DNA of 63,928 nucleotides, filler included, from Octopus bimaculoides (Eukaryota), in NCBI RefSeq assembly GCF_001194135.2. It is 4 parts of 4 records of this genome, joined end to end, with 100 filler letters (N's around TTAATTAATTAA, not from the genome) between each part and the next. Parts side by side here need not be neighbours in the genome. Positions count along the whole stretch, not along the records: positions 1 to 25,998 come from NC_068997.1; positions 26,099 to 37,039 come from NW_026329212.1; 2 more parts are not named here. One strand, 5' to 3'. Every line of letters begins with the position of its first letter. Within the stretch, counting starts at the first letter, position 1. This document shows positions 14,401 to 27,666 of this stretch, piece after piece. The notes under the pieces were generated by a model. That model was given only the letters and a program-made list of their open reading frames with translations. It did not search any database and was not told the origin of the DNA. Position numbers and translations under genes: made by a program.

Positions 14401-15554
14401 CAAGATATCATTGTAGCTGGTATTTTGTTTGTGAGTTCTCTTTAGGTTGTCATGAAAATGTTTGTGAGACGTATTTTATTTCGAAGTTTAGCCCTTGCCA
14501 AACCCCTGAAGAATTCCTTTAAGCTGTGATATGAACAAAATACGAAAGTAATTAAAATGGTAAGCCAACACCTGAACAGAAACAGCCTCAACAGCGTAAA
14601 CACAGGAATATAATTGGAATATTTCACACCACGTGAGGCAAGAAAGAATGGTTCCGCAGCTGTATGACAAAATAAGTAAATAAATAAATGAATAAATAAA
14701 TGAATGAATGACTGAATGAATGAATGAATGAATGAATAAATAAATAAAAACAACTGATTCTTGTTTCTTATTTTCTGAATTGTATGAAAGTGTGGTCAAA
14801 AACGGGATAAATGAGATTTAAATGAGTGTATGTGTCATTGACGAATATATTTATACTGGGCGTTTAGGCTAAATTTGACGATTTCTATGCCTCGATCCAT
14901 CTATATGCTCGATCTATCTATCTATCCTACTATCTATCTATCCATGTATATATACGTCTCTAGCGTTGGAAAACTACTAAGAGAGAAGAGAGACAAAAAA
15001 AAAAGGAGAGAGAGAGAGACAGAAAAGGTAAGTAATTCAACCTATACACAGAATAAGGTACCGCGTTTACAGACGATCCTTGCAAAATTTACTCTCTGTT
15101 AAAAAAACACTAGGAAAAAAGTATCTTTTCCCCTGGCTACAGAAAGCACAATATTTTAGAACGTCCACAGATATTCTACCAGCCAAACAGTTCTCACAAA
15201 ATCCTAGCGTATATATATAATTCTCACCGAGGAATAAATAACTGAAGTAATGATTGAATCTGAAATACACGATTCGTTCGTGATCTGCAAATAGGTATCT
15301 CTGTTGATGTAATTATCTCCAAACACATGCACAAATTTATCAACTCTTTGCTGAGAACTCAGTATCAATCATTTATTTTAAGGTAAAACTATTTGGTTAA
15401 GGAGTTCGCTTGGGAACGACGCGATTCTAGGTTCGATACCACCGTGTAACATGTTGGGGAAAAAATGTTTTTTTTTCTACCTTGGGCCTGGGGTCATTCA
15501 ATATCTTGTGAGGAGTGTCATTTGGTGGAAGATTAGTACGCGGAAGTCTGTCAC

Positions 15555-15647
<93 letters not shown>

Positions 15648-15882
15648 ATCTATCTATCAGTCTGTCTGTCTATCTACCTACCGGTGTGTGTGTATGTGTT
15701 TTGTATGTATATAAACACATTCATATGCATATACAATAATCCTACATATTTTCTTTTCAATCAATGATTATCAAAATTTTCCTTTCGTTTCATTTCCATT
15801 AATAGTATTACTATTATTCTATACGACTTCAATTTGCACGAGAAGCGCAACCAGGCTAGTTACCGGGTTTCTATGGCATATA

Positions 15883-16262
15883 GTGGAGCGCAATGGCCCA
15901 GTGGTTAGGGCAACGGACTCGCGGTCATAGGATAGCGGTTTCGGTTCCAAGACCGGGCATTGTGAGTGTTTACTGAACGAAAATACCTAAACCTCCACAA
16001 GGCTCCGGCAGGGGGTGGTGGCAAACCCTGCTGTACTCTTTCACCACAAATTTCTCTCACTCTTTCTTCCTGTTTCTGTTGTACCTGTATTTCAAAGGGT
16101 CAGCCTTGTCACACTGTGTCACGCTGAATATCCCCGAGAACTACGCTTAGGGTACACGTGTCTGTGGAGTGCTCAGCCACTTGCACGTTAATTTCACGAA
16201 CAGGCTGTTCCGTTGATCGGATCAGCTGGGACCCTTGCCGTCGTAACCGACGAGTGCTCCTA
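15883..16262 (+). mobile_element. tRNA-derived SINE, family C, full length
   Basis: Head ggagcgcaatggcccagtggttaggg...ggtttcggttcc with A and B boxes. Tail gtacctgtatttcaaaggg...gtggagtgctcagccactt is shared with 52370-52620. Confidence 0.8.
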
Positions 16263-16909
16263 GTATAGTACATATAAAGAATATATATTAGTAGTACAGT
16301 ATATATAAATGTAGTATTGTATATATAAAGCATATTACACTAGAGCTGCCAATACAAAGTAAAGGAGATTATTATATTTAACCTGCTATATAAAGCGTAT
16401 TATATTTAACTTGCTGTGCAAAGTGTATCATATTCAACGTGCTATGCAAAATGCTTTATGTTTAACATGTTATATAAATTGTATTATATCTAACACGTCA
16501 TGTAAAATATTTTATATTTAACGTGTCATGTAAATATATTATATTTAGAATCACATTCAGTGAGTAGTGTTTTGTAACCTATGTACACCCCCACTTCTTT
16601 GTCAGACGATAGCTAGATTAATTTCTAGAAGGTTCGATCAATAATTTAACATAACTTCGCTAATGGATCGCTTTCAATCTGTGTCATGTGTTTTATACTG
16701 AAGATACATAGATACATACCAGAATAACGGGGAGGAATCTGGGAGGAAACGAGATTGTTTTTGGCAGAGTGAGTGAGTGAGGGAGGGAGGAGTGAGTGGG
16801 TGAGTGAGTGAGAAAGAAAGCGAAAGAGAGGGAAAAGAAAAAAAAACGATTGAATTAAAAATAAAAGGGTATTTATGTATGTATGTATGTATGTATGTAT
16901 GTATGTATG

Positions 16910-17012
<103 letters not shown>

Positions 17013-17621
17013 CTCACTCAAATTTCTTGCTCCGAAAATATTTAGTTTTCTTAGTCCTTTCGATGATGATATCAATGATAATGATGATGATGATAATGGT
17101 ATTGATGATGATGATGATGATGATGATGAGGAGGAGGAGGAGGAGGAGGAGGAGGAGGAGGATGACGACGATGATGATGAAGATGAGGATGATGAAAGGC
17201 GTTCCAGCTGTGACTGTCCCTACGACTACGATTAAGGACCACCTAATGTAAGTAGGGGTACATTAGGCAGCGAATCGGCAGGGTCATTTGAGCGTTGAAT
17301 TGAATACCTCAAGGTATTTATTCCAGCTCTAAGTCATGTTCTAGTTTATGGCTAACCGCATCGTTTAGTATTTAACATCTATGGCTACTAGCACTACGCT
17401 ATAAACTTGTCCGATGGGTAATTCCATGTTTGCTTCTCTGGATGGTAATATTATCCGGTGTGTATATTTGCAATGATTATAACGATAGAGAATATGGTGT
17501 CTTGTACATCCTCAAAATTTATTTCCCTTTATTCGCATGTCATACTGAATATATATATATACATACACGAATGAGTGGACAAACGAAAGAAGGGCTCTCA
17601 ACAAATTTATTGGGAACACAA

Positions 17622-17781
17622 GTATGGATCAAAACAGTCTGATTCAAATTCGTTGGTACACTTGAGTTTCATGCGTGATGCTGGTCGTCAGCCATTTCCA
17701 ATTCAAAATGGCAGACGACTAGCATCACGCATGAAACTGAGGAGTACCAACGAATTTGAATCAAACTGTTTTGCTCCATAC
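17622..17781. repeat. 160-bp inverted repeat (76-bp arms, 7 mismatches, 8-nt loop)
   Basis: Manual alignment of 17622-17697 with the reverse complement of 17706-17781. Confidence 0.95.
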
Positions 17782-17783
17782 AT

Positions 17784-17938
<155 letters not shown>

Positions 17939-18536
17939 ATGATTGCTTCATCTTATCACATGATAGCGGTCTCACATTCATAGTGAGACATTTGCACATC
18001 ATTGGATGTAAGTGACAAAAGCTTGTAAAACACTTTTGTCACTCTCTCGGTCGCCAAAGAAGGTTCCAGTGACAAACATTGCAAAATGACCGGAACTCTT
18101 TTAAAAGCAAGTTTTAAGTCAAAGTACGGCAAGCTTGTACAAAATTTGACTACTATTTCTACCCGCTCGAGCTACTTCCTTGTAATTTTTTGCGTACAGT
18201 GTATAGATTCATTCTACCTTTAGCTGTTGTCATCGAATGCTGTCCTGAGACATGGGTTTGGAATCGAATTGCCGCTGTATTTTAAAGATATCAATAATGT
18301 TGTCGAGAAAGATTTGCTTTTCACAAAGAACTTCATTAATTACTCAGAAGCTCCCTCAATGCCATATCAGTTATATAATTCTTACCAAATAACAGTGATG
18401 TGGAAATCTATTCTATAAATTACTGCATCTCTATTGACTTTGTTTTGCGAAATAAATGCATTCTTGCATAATATGGTAAGCAAGCAATATGGAAGCCTAA
18501 CTCTCTCCCTTTCCCACTATCTCTCGCTTTCTCTCT

Positions 18537-18581
<45 letters not shown>

Positions 18582-19473
18582 TATAATACATGATATATGA
18601 TATACATGCTATTATAGTAAACATACAGACATTGTATATATGCATGTATGTGTGTATGTATGTATGTTTGTATGTATGTATATATACAACTATGCATACG
18701 TGAACAAATGATTGAAATTACATATAGTTATTAAGTGTTTGACTAACATCCCATGAGTCAAACTTATTGTGTGTGGATATATATACACATATAGTTGTAT
18801 ATATATATATATATATATATNNNNNNNNNNNNNNNNNNNNNNNNNNNNNNNNNNNNNNNNNNNNNNNNNNNNNNNNNNNNNNNNNNNNNNNNNNNNNNNN
18901 NNNNNNNNNNNNNNNNNNNNNNNNNNNNNNNNNNNNNNNNNNNNNNNNNNNNNNNNNNNNNNNNNNNNNNNNNNNNNNNNNNNNNNNNNNNNNNNNNNNN
19001 NNNNNNNNNNNNNNNNNNNNNNNNNNNNNNNNNNNNNNNNNNNNNNNNNNNNNNNNNNNNNNNNNNNNNNNNNNNNNNNNNNNNNNNNNNNNNNNNNNNN
19101 NNNNNNNNNNNNNNNNNNNNNNNNNNNNNNNNNNNNNNNNNNNNNNNNNNNNNNNNNNNNNNNNNNNNNNNNNNNNNNNNNNNNNNNNNNNNNNNNNNNN
19201 NNNNNNNNNNNNNNNNNNNNNNNNNNNNNNNNNNNNNNNNNNNNNNNNNNNNNNNNNNNNNNNNNNNNNNNNNNNNNNNNNNNNNNNNNNNNNNNNNNNN
19301 NNNNNNNNNNNNNNNNNNNNNNNNNNNNNNNNNNNNNNNNNNNNNNNNNNNNNNNNNNNNNNNNNNNNNNNNNNNNNNNNNNNNNNNNNNNNNNNNNNNN
19401 NNNNNNNNNNNNNNNNNNNNNNNNNNNNNNNNNNNNNNNNNNNNNNNNNNNNNNNNNNNNNNNNNNNNNNNNN

Positions 19474-19531
<58 letters not shown>

Positions 19532-20130
19532 CGATAACTATCTATCTATCTATCAATATATATATATATGCATGCACACACACACAGATATATAAAAATA
19601 TATATATACACATATACGCAATAGATACATACATATTTATACACCTACATATATGCAATTCATAAGTCTAGTAAACTTCACGTCGTTGCGCAAAGAAGCT
19701 GCCCAATCGTATATCATAATTATTGTTGGGCGCGCGCATATGTGTGTGTGTGTGTGTGCATATATATATATAATTATACATACATATATATACCTATATA
19801 TGTGTGTATGTGTATATAAACACACATGCACGCATATATGATTGCATATGAATTTGATAGATCTAAGAACGATATATAACACAGTTATTTACTGAAATAG
19901 GCTGACATGAAACTAATCTTTCTTTAGTAATTTGTCAGTCATTATTTAAATTTTACAGACAAGCAAATTGAGCTCCTACCATAAGCATTTTGAATATCAT
20001 TCCATATGAATAAGTATTCCATCAACCCACCCACGTAGCAGTTTACATTTCTAAAATTAGTAAACGGTATTCTTCGTTATCTCTGAATGAATCCGTATTT
20101 ACCAGTGCTTCTCATTATTTTAATACCAAA

Positions 20131-20792
20131 AGCAGAAAATGCTGCATGCTGGCAGAATTGTTAGTGTGCCGCGTACAATATTTAGCAGCATTTCTTACCT
20201 TTTTACGTTCTGAGTTCAAGTTGTGCCGAGGTCGACTTTGCCTTTTATCCTTGTCGGGGTCGATGAAGTAAGTACCAGTTGAAAGGCAATCGACTGGCCC
20301 CCTCCTACAAAATTTTAGGCCTTGTGACTATAATAAAAAAGGATTATTTTAATACCAAAGAAGGGTTGTGAGCTGTTAGAATAGATTTTACGCCAGAGAA
20401 AATGCGTATCGATTTTCCCTCCAACTCTTTATATTATGTGTTCAGATTCTGCCGAGGTCCACTTTGCCTTTCATTCTTTCGGGGTCTATAAAATAACTAC
20501 TAGTTAAGTACTAGGGTCGATGTAATTGATTTACCCCAACAAAATTTTAGTCTTGTGCCGATAATAAAAACGATGATTTTGATACAATGAATGGCAGTGA
20601 ACTGGCAGAGCTATGAGTACGCCGAGCACAAGGTTTAGAGGCATTTTTACTGGATCGATATTCTGAGCTCCAATGTTTCCTAGGTTCACTTTGGCTTCCA
20701 TCCTTTCATGTTCGATGAAATAAATACCAATCGATGTCGACGACTTACCCCATTCCCCGAAATTGCTGGCCTTGTGCCAAAATTTGAATCTA
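20131..20792 (+). mobile_element. Three head-to-tail family B SINEs
   Basis: Copies at about 20131-20342, 20361-20575 and 20591-20792. The first is flanked by a 17-bp direct repeat attattttaataccaaa (20114-20130, 20343-20359). Confidence 0.85.
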
Positions 20793-21314
20793 CTATCAGC
20801 GGGCATGCTATGTAGTAAAACATGAAAAAGGAAACTGAAAGAATTGTGGTAATTCTTTGTAGCTAATGATTGCCTTAATCAAATCTGTCGTACACTCTCC
20901 GAAACCCACCGACATCTCATCCTGTAAAATTTTTATTAAGGTTAGCCACGCTACATGTAAAATTCACAGAAATTCCAAGAAAAATCAAATTATCAAACAA
21001 CTTTCTAATTTAATTAATAGAGCTTACACTTTTACCTGTAACTATGGCAATCGTAATAATTACCCCCATGCCTGGCGCGAAATTATTCACCGTCTGTGCT
21101 AAAGTACACCTGACAATAATATTATGCGGAAGTTATATATTGAATTAACCGTACATGATTTAATAATCGTTTTTATCATCACTGGCGTTCTTTCATTAAT
21201 TCGTAGATGGAATTCGCTGCAGCATCTTTCTTAATGATTCCAACGAATTTTATGATATCAATTGTCATCACGCGAGTAAGTGAAAGGTACGGCGTGTGTG
21301 ATATATACGCTGAT

Positions 21315-21345
<31 letters not shown>

Positions 21346-21401
21346 GCGGTGCTCCAGCATGGCCGCAGTCAAATGACTGAAACAAGTAAATGAGTAAATG
21401 A

Positions 21402-21433
<32 letters not shown>

Positions 21434-21585
21434 NNNNNNNNNNNNNNNNNNNNNNNNNNNNNNNNNNNNNNNNNNNNNNNNNNNNNNNNNNNNNNNNNNN
21501 NNNNNNNNNNNNNNNNNNNNNNNNNNNNNNNNNATATATATGTATATATATATATACATACATACGTATATAGATACACATTTAT

Positions 21586-21622
<37 letters not shown>

Positions 21623-22637
21623 CGTATATAGGTACACATTCATACACACACACACACACCGCACACAAACACACATGTTAGACGGAGGATGCAATAGATG
21701 CAATATATATATATGCATATATATATANNNNNNNNNNNNNNNNNNNNNNNNNNNNNNNNNNNNNNNNNNNNNNNNNNNNNNNNNNNNNNNNNNNNNNNNN
21801 NNNNNNNNNNNNNNNNNNNNNNNNNNNNNNNNNNNNNNNNNNNNNNNNNNNNNNNNNNNNNNNNNNNNNNNNNNNNNNNNNNNNNNNNNNNNNNNNNNNN
21901 NNNNNNNNNNNNNNNNNNNNNNNNNNNNNNNNNNNNNNNNNNNNNNNNNNNNNNNNNNNNNNNNNNNNNNNNNNNNNNNNNNNNNNNNNNNNNNNNNNNN
22001 NNNNNNNNNNNNNNNNNNNNNNNNNNNNNNNNNNNNNNNNNNNNNNNNNNNNNNNNNNNNNNNNNNNNNNNNNNNNNNNNNNNNNNNNNNNNNNNNNNNN
22101 NNNNNNNNNNNNNNNNNNNNNNNNNNNNNNNNNNNNNNNNNNNNNNNNNNNNNNNNNNNNNNNNNNNNNNNNNNNNNNNNNNNNNNNNNNNNNNNNNNNN
22201 NNNNNNNNNNNNNNNNNNNNNNNNNNNNNNNNNNNNNNNNNNNNNNNNNNNNNNNNNNNNNNNNNNNNNNNNNNNNNNNNNNNNNNNNNNNNNNNNNNNN
22301 NNNNNNNNNNNNNNNNNNNNNNNNNNNNNNNNNNNNNNNNNNNNNNNNNNNNNNNNNNNNNNNNNNNNNNNNNNNNNNNNNNNNNNNNNNNNNNNNNNNN
22401 NNNNNNNNNNNNNNNNNNNNNNNNNNNNNNNNNNNNNNNNNNNNNNNNNNNNNNNNNNNNNNNNNNNNNNNNNNNNNNNNNNNNNNNNNNNNNNNNNNNN
22501 NNNNNNNNNNNNNNNNNNNNNNNNNNNNNNNNNNNNNNNNNNNNNNNNNNNNNNNNNNNNNNNNNNNNNNNNNNNNNNNNNNNNNNNNNNNNNNNNNNNN
22601 NNNNNNNNNNNNNNNNNNNNNNNNNNNNNNNNNNNNC

Positions 22638-22678
22638 TTTCCTTCTTTTTTCTTTCTTTCTTTCTTTCTTTCATTCAT

Positions 22679-22710
<32 letters not shown>

Positions 22711-22712
22711 TA

Positions 22713-22753
<41 letters not shown>

Positions 22754-23110
22754 CTCTCTTTTTCTCTGTGTTTTTCTGTCTGTCTTTCTGTCTGTCTGTC
22801 TCTTTTTCTGTCCCTTCCTCCCTCTTTCTCTTTCTCTGCGTCTGTCTGTCTCTTTCTCTCGCTCTCACACTCTCTTTCTCTCCCTTCCCCCTCTCTTTCT
22901 CTCTGTCTTTCTGTCTGTCTATCTGTCTGTCTTTCTCTTTCTCTCCCTTCCTCCCCCTCTCTCTCTCACTGTGTCTGTCTCTCTATCTTTCTCTCCCTTC
23001 CTCCCCCTCTCTCTTTCTCTCTGTGTCTGTCTGTCTGTATCTTTCTCTCTCTCTGCCTCTTTCTCTCTCTCTGCCTCTTTCTCTCTCTCTGCCTCTTTCT
23101 CTCTCTCTGC

Positions 23111-23143
<33 letters not shown>

Positions 23144-23165
23144 CCTCTCTCTCTTTCTCACTGAT
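22638..23165. repeat. (CT)/(TTTC)-rich array including 18-bp ctctgcctctttctctct units
   Basis: Direct reading. Confidence 0.95.
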
Positions 23166-23662
23166 CCCCGCCATCTCCCTTTTCTCTCTTCCTTTCCTCT
23201 TCATCTCACCTCTGTCTTTCCCTCTCTTTTTCGTCTTCTTAATATCATAAAAAGACCCGCCCAACCCAAGCTCGAAGACAGCTTACGGTGCTGATGATGA
23301 TGATGATGATGGCGGTTGTGGTAGTTGTTATGGTTGGTGGTGGTGGGTGGTGGTGATACAGGGGGCGTTGGAGATATGTTGCGTGGTTGTGGTGCCGACG
23401 GTGAGTTAAGTGTTTAGTCTATCGATTATGTTAAAAGTATTATGTTAAAGTATTACTTAACGCACTTCAATCACAATCTAGGTTGCTGCTGCTGCTGTTG
23501 TTGTTGTTGTTGTTGTTGTTGTTGTACTTATGATGACAGTGATAATGAATAATAGAAATAACAATAATAATGCAGCAGTATCAGCAGCATCAGCATCTTC
23601 CTCCTCCTCCTCCTCCTCCTCATCGTCATCATCACCACCACTACCACCACCACCACAATCAT

Positions 23663-23709
<47 letters not shown>

Positions 23710-23984
23710 CCACTACCACCACCACCACCACCACCACCACCACCATCACCACCATCATCTTCAACCTGAATAAAATTCTAACTGGGCCCCCACCTGCAAG
23801 GTCATGTGCTGTTAATCTTGATATGAGATGACCATGTTGCGCACATATGGTTGTGATGCATGTTGCCTAGTGTACCCTTATCAGGCGAGTAGTCATGATG
23901 GGTATACTGGGCTTCGTATATTTTACCCCAGTGTCACTTTGATGGCATGCACTGCTCTCTCACTCAATATTATTAATAATAATG

Positions 23985-24033
<49 letters not shown>

Positions 24034-24334
24034 TTTTTTTATAAGCCAAAAGCGCTCGAATAGATACAAAAATGCAAAACTTTTACTACGGTTTGCAAAA
24101 ATTGGAGTGCAAAAGACGAGTTTACATATACGAAAAGAGAGGGGAGGGACGATGCCAGACATCTTATGAATGGGTACTTTAAGGTCTTTAAAAGTACATA
24201 CCTTTATAAGGAAATAGATATAAAAATTACAATAAAATAATCAATTACTAAAACAAGATGTAATTGCCCCAGCATGATCGCAGCTTTAAAGCTGAAACAG
24301 TCTAAAGAATTTAAAGAAAAGAATTTATGAAAGA

Positions 24335-25800
24335 TTACCAGTTTGGGTTTGGATGCTCCACGAATGTACTCAGCAATCGATTCTCAATTTCATTACGAAT
24401 GCAAGGAAATTCGCCTGTAAGCATTCTTTGGAACATTTGGTATTGAAAAACAACTCCAGCATCTACGTAGTTTGCTCTTTGAAGTTCGTTGTAATGTCAT
24501 GGTTTTAATTTTACATATAATCTATCTTTTGCATAATGTTTATATCATCTGAATCTAACTGCTTTCATGCGTAATTCATACTTCTGTGGAAACTTCGTGG
24601 CGCTACATATGCGTAATTTTGTTCATCAGTTATTCGTTTGATTTTTAAATGACGATGAATCTTAGTTTTTCTGCGTCATGATATTCTTCGCTATTTTCAT
24701 GAGAAATGGTATCATTGCAGTTTTGGAAAAATATCCTTTCGCACGTTTTCGTTGTTTTATGTTGAATCTTCCTTTTCGATTTTTTGAGATGTTTTCACTT
24801 TTTCCCTTCCTGTTTTTTTTCTGAGACTTTGTGACTTCCTCTGCATCTATTATTCCTTCTTCATCACACGACGATGGATGGATTCATACTACTGGTTGGC
24901 ACCGTTTCTAATTCTAGGTGTAGAGAGATTTCTCTTGATACCTCTAAAGTTTGGGCTGATGGGAATACTGAATTTCGTTCTTTTTTCTGCTTCAGTTGAT
25001 CTTCACTATTTTCATTCCTCTCTCTAATTTTTTTCGTTTTGTTTTTCTAGTTATTCAGGAAAATTAACTTTAAGGTGTTTCTTAGTACAACAAATGTAAC
25101 AACGACGTTGTTGTGCTGTACCCTTAATCTCATGCCCGTTCTCTTAGCGTCTTCTGCTGGGCATAGTTTCCGTGTAGCTTTATGATCATCGAAGATCATA
25201 GAAATTTGTAAATCCATTTTGACATCTTCACTAGATATCACCGTTCGTCAATACTGCTTTGACCACTCACCCATACTGCGATACGGAAATAACGACGAGT
25301 CACGGATATCCATCATTTTTAATGATTTTTTATCACCGCTTTGGCATTTCTTTGACACAAAAAGTATGGACGTAGGTATGTCTGACAGTTTTCAGCCTCT
25401 GTTTTGAGTCGTCTTCAGTTTTTAAAGTACCTTAGAGTGCCATAATTTTTGCCTTTTCAATTGAAAGGATTTCTCTCGTGATATCCTGAAGCAGTTGTTG
25501 TACTTCTTGTCGTGAGGATAGATTTGATTCACTTCCATCCTTTCGAGAACAAACATATATAAGTTTTCCCTTTGCTCTGTTCTTGATTAGCACTTGTGGA
25601 ACAAAAATGTTGCCCAATTTTGTAAAATACTTCAAACTGCATCGTTTTGGAACTGTGATAAATTTAAATAATCCTCTTTGCTCAGTTTATGTGAAAGAAA
25701 GACTGTCTCTGAAACAAATATTATATAATTGGATTATAGTGTTTGACTTCTTGTTAGAGTTGCCGCTTGTTGTTACTATTACATGTTAACATTTCCAATC
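24335..25800 (-). pseudogene. Decayed coding-like sequence, probable retroelement ORF remnant (family not assigned)
   Basis: Purine-rich minus strand with long near-open frames, e.g. about 115 codons with one stop at 25780->25432. No microsatellites. No catalytic motif recognised. Confidence 0.35.
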
Positions 25801-25852
25801 AGTTAAGACGAGAAACCACGAGAGCCACTGCCTGGTACTGTTGCATCAGGCC

Positions 25853-25897
<45 letters not shown>

Positions 25898-25898
25898 T

Positions 25899-25930
<32 letters not shown>

Positions 25931-25998
25931 TATTATTATTATTATTATTAGACAATACGAAGAGCGCGATGCACCACCGCCACCACCACCACCACCAC

Positions 25999-26098
25999 NN
26001 NNNNNNNNNNNNNNNNNNNNNNNNNNNNNNNNNNNNNNNNNNTTAATTAATTAANNNNNNNNNNNNNNNNNNNNNNNNNNNNNNNNNNNNNNNNNNNN
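25999..26098. other. Assembly join: 44 N + TTAATTAATTAA + 44 N (also at 37040-37139 and 62745-62844)
   Basis: Identical 100-nt architecture three times; the spacer gives stop codons in all six frames. Confidence 0.97.
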
Positions 26099-26227
26099 GG
26101 AACACATATGCCATTGAAACCGGGAAACTGGGCCCATGAGCCTGGCTATGCTTTAAAAGGGCGTATATATTTATTCTATATTATATTATATTATGTAATC
26201 TATAAACTCTCTTTGTTTTGTCGACAG

Positions 26228-26356
26228 GAGTCAGGCTTCCTTCCTGGTGGAGGATCCTTGCACAGCATTATGACACCCCATGGACCTGATGCTGAATGTT
26301 TTGAGAAGAACTCAACAATGGATCTGAAGCCAATGAAAATTGCTGAGGGAACAATG
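26228..26356 (+). CDS. HGD: Homogentisate 1,2-dioxygenase, penultimate coding exon ([43 protein letters not shown])
   Basis: Translation matches the HGD region [26 protein letters not shown]...IADGTM (human, recalled), including the Fe-ligand His of TPHGP. Acceptor ttttgtcgacag|, donor ATG|gtaagt. 129 nt, phase 0-0. Confidence 0.96.
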
Positions 26357-26817
26357 GTAAGTTGTTAGTCTGATCTGTTACACCTTAAGTTGGATGGAAA
26401 AGAAGCTGTGTATGGCATCTATGACCAGTGATAGGTAGGAGAAACAAAAAACCACAGGTCATAGCTAGCTGTGGTAGGAAAGAGTTCCTCTGTATACTGA
26501 ATTATATTCAAAGTGGAGATACGGTTAGAACATTTGCAACAAAGTCCAATTCGGTTAATGTTACCAAAGTGCCAAGTGGTGGCATTAAACTGAACAACAG
26601 ATTAGATCTATCATACAGTTTTTACAAACTAATATGGTAATGATGATTGTTGTTTTGGTAAGGAGTTGTAAATTTGATGTTGGTGTTGGGGTTACAACCC
26701 TACAAGAAAGACTATGATTGTCTGGTAACTTAGGATTGAGATTTAAATCTCTTGCTCAGATTCATTCAGCTGCAGTACATTCACACCCCTGCTACATGTA
26801 CTGTTTGACTGGATTGT

Positions 26818-26856
<39 letters not shown>

Positions 26857-26932
26857 NNNNNNNNNNNNNNNNNNNNNNNNNNNNNNNNNNNNNNNNNNNN
26901 NNNNNNNNNNNNNNNNNNNNNNNNNNNNNNNN

Positions 26933-26964
<32 letters not shown>

Positions 26965-27451
26965 TTAAAATATAAAATGTGTATACCATTTCAAACAGTC
27001 AACACACACACAGACATATGTACACCCCCTACATATATACATATGTATTCAATACCCTCATATTCATGTGTATATATATATATATATATNNNNNNNNNNT
27101 ATATATATATATATATATATATATATTGCTCGTGCACACACTCACACACACACACATATATATGCATATTTGTTATATATAGAAGCAGTATTAAGATAAA
27201 TTATCCATCTATGTATTGATGAAAATACATCACTGAAAGCAAATTTACTGTACTATTCATCCAGAGACAACATATATTCTCATATAGAATTAATTATCTA
27301 ATTTGTTTGTTGTATAAGTTATGTAATTATTCATGNNNNNNNNNNGAATTAATTATCTAATTTGTTTGTTGTATAAGTTATGTAATTATTCATGATTCAA
27401 ATGAAATATTTTCTATGTTATTAATCCTTCTGTTCCCGATATTGTTTACAG

Positions 27452-27580
27452 TCATTTATGTTTGAAAGTTCCCTTAGTATGGCACTAACTAAATGGGGTA
27501 ATGACACTTGTCATAAAGTTGACAATGAATACTTCAAGTGTTGGCAGCCTATCAAGAAGAATTTCAAACCCGTGTTGTAA
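27452..27580 (+). CDS. HGD: HGD terminal coding exon (SFMFESSLSMALTKWGNDTCHKVDNEYFKCWQPIKKNFKPVL*)
   Basis: Matches the HGD C-terminus AFMFESSLSLAVTKWG...DENYHKCWEPLKSHF. Acceptor attgtttacag|, phase 0 compatible with the previous exon, TAA at 27578-27580. Too short for the ORF track; found by manual translation. Confidence 0.95.
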   Translation, partial: SFMFESSLSMALTKWGNDTCHKVDNEYFKCWQPIKKNFKPVL

Positions 27581-27660
27581 GAAGGCAACCAGTAAGTAGT
27601 CATGTTTCTTCATGTCGTTTTTAGCTTGGCTCTATTTGTAATACTTCAGTCAGTGATAGA

Positions 27661-27666
27661 AATAAA
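27661..27666 (+). promoter_or_regulatory. Probable HGD polyadenylation signal AATAAA
   Basis: First AATAAA about 80 nt after the HGD stop codon. Confidence 0.55.

Noticed and set aside
14956-15028. Strong donor aaag|gtaagt
   Set aside because: The upstream sequence is (GA)n/A-rich with no recognisable coding content.
15883-15960. tRNA-like heads here and at 54807-54882 as tRNA genes
   Set aside because: Cloverleaf stems are imperfect and the heads continue into SINE bodies.
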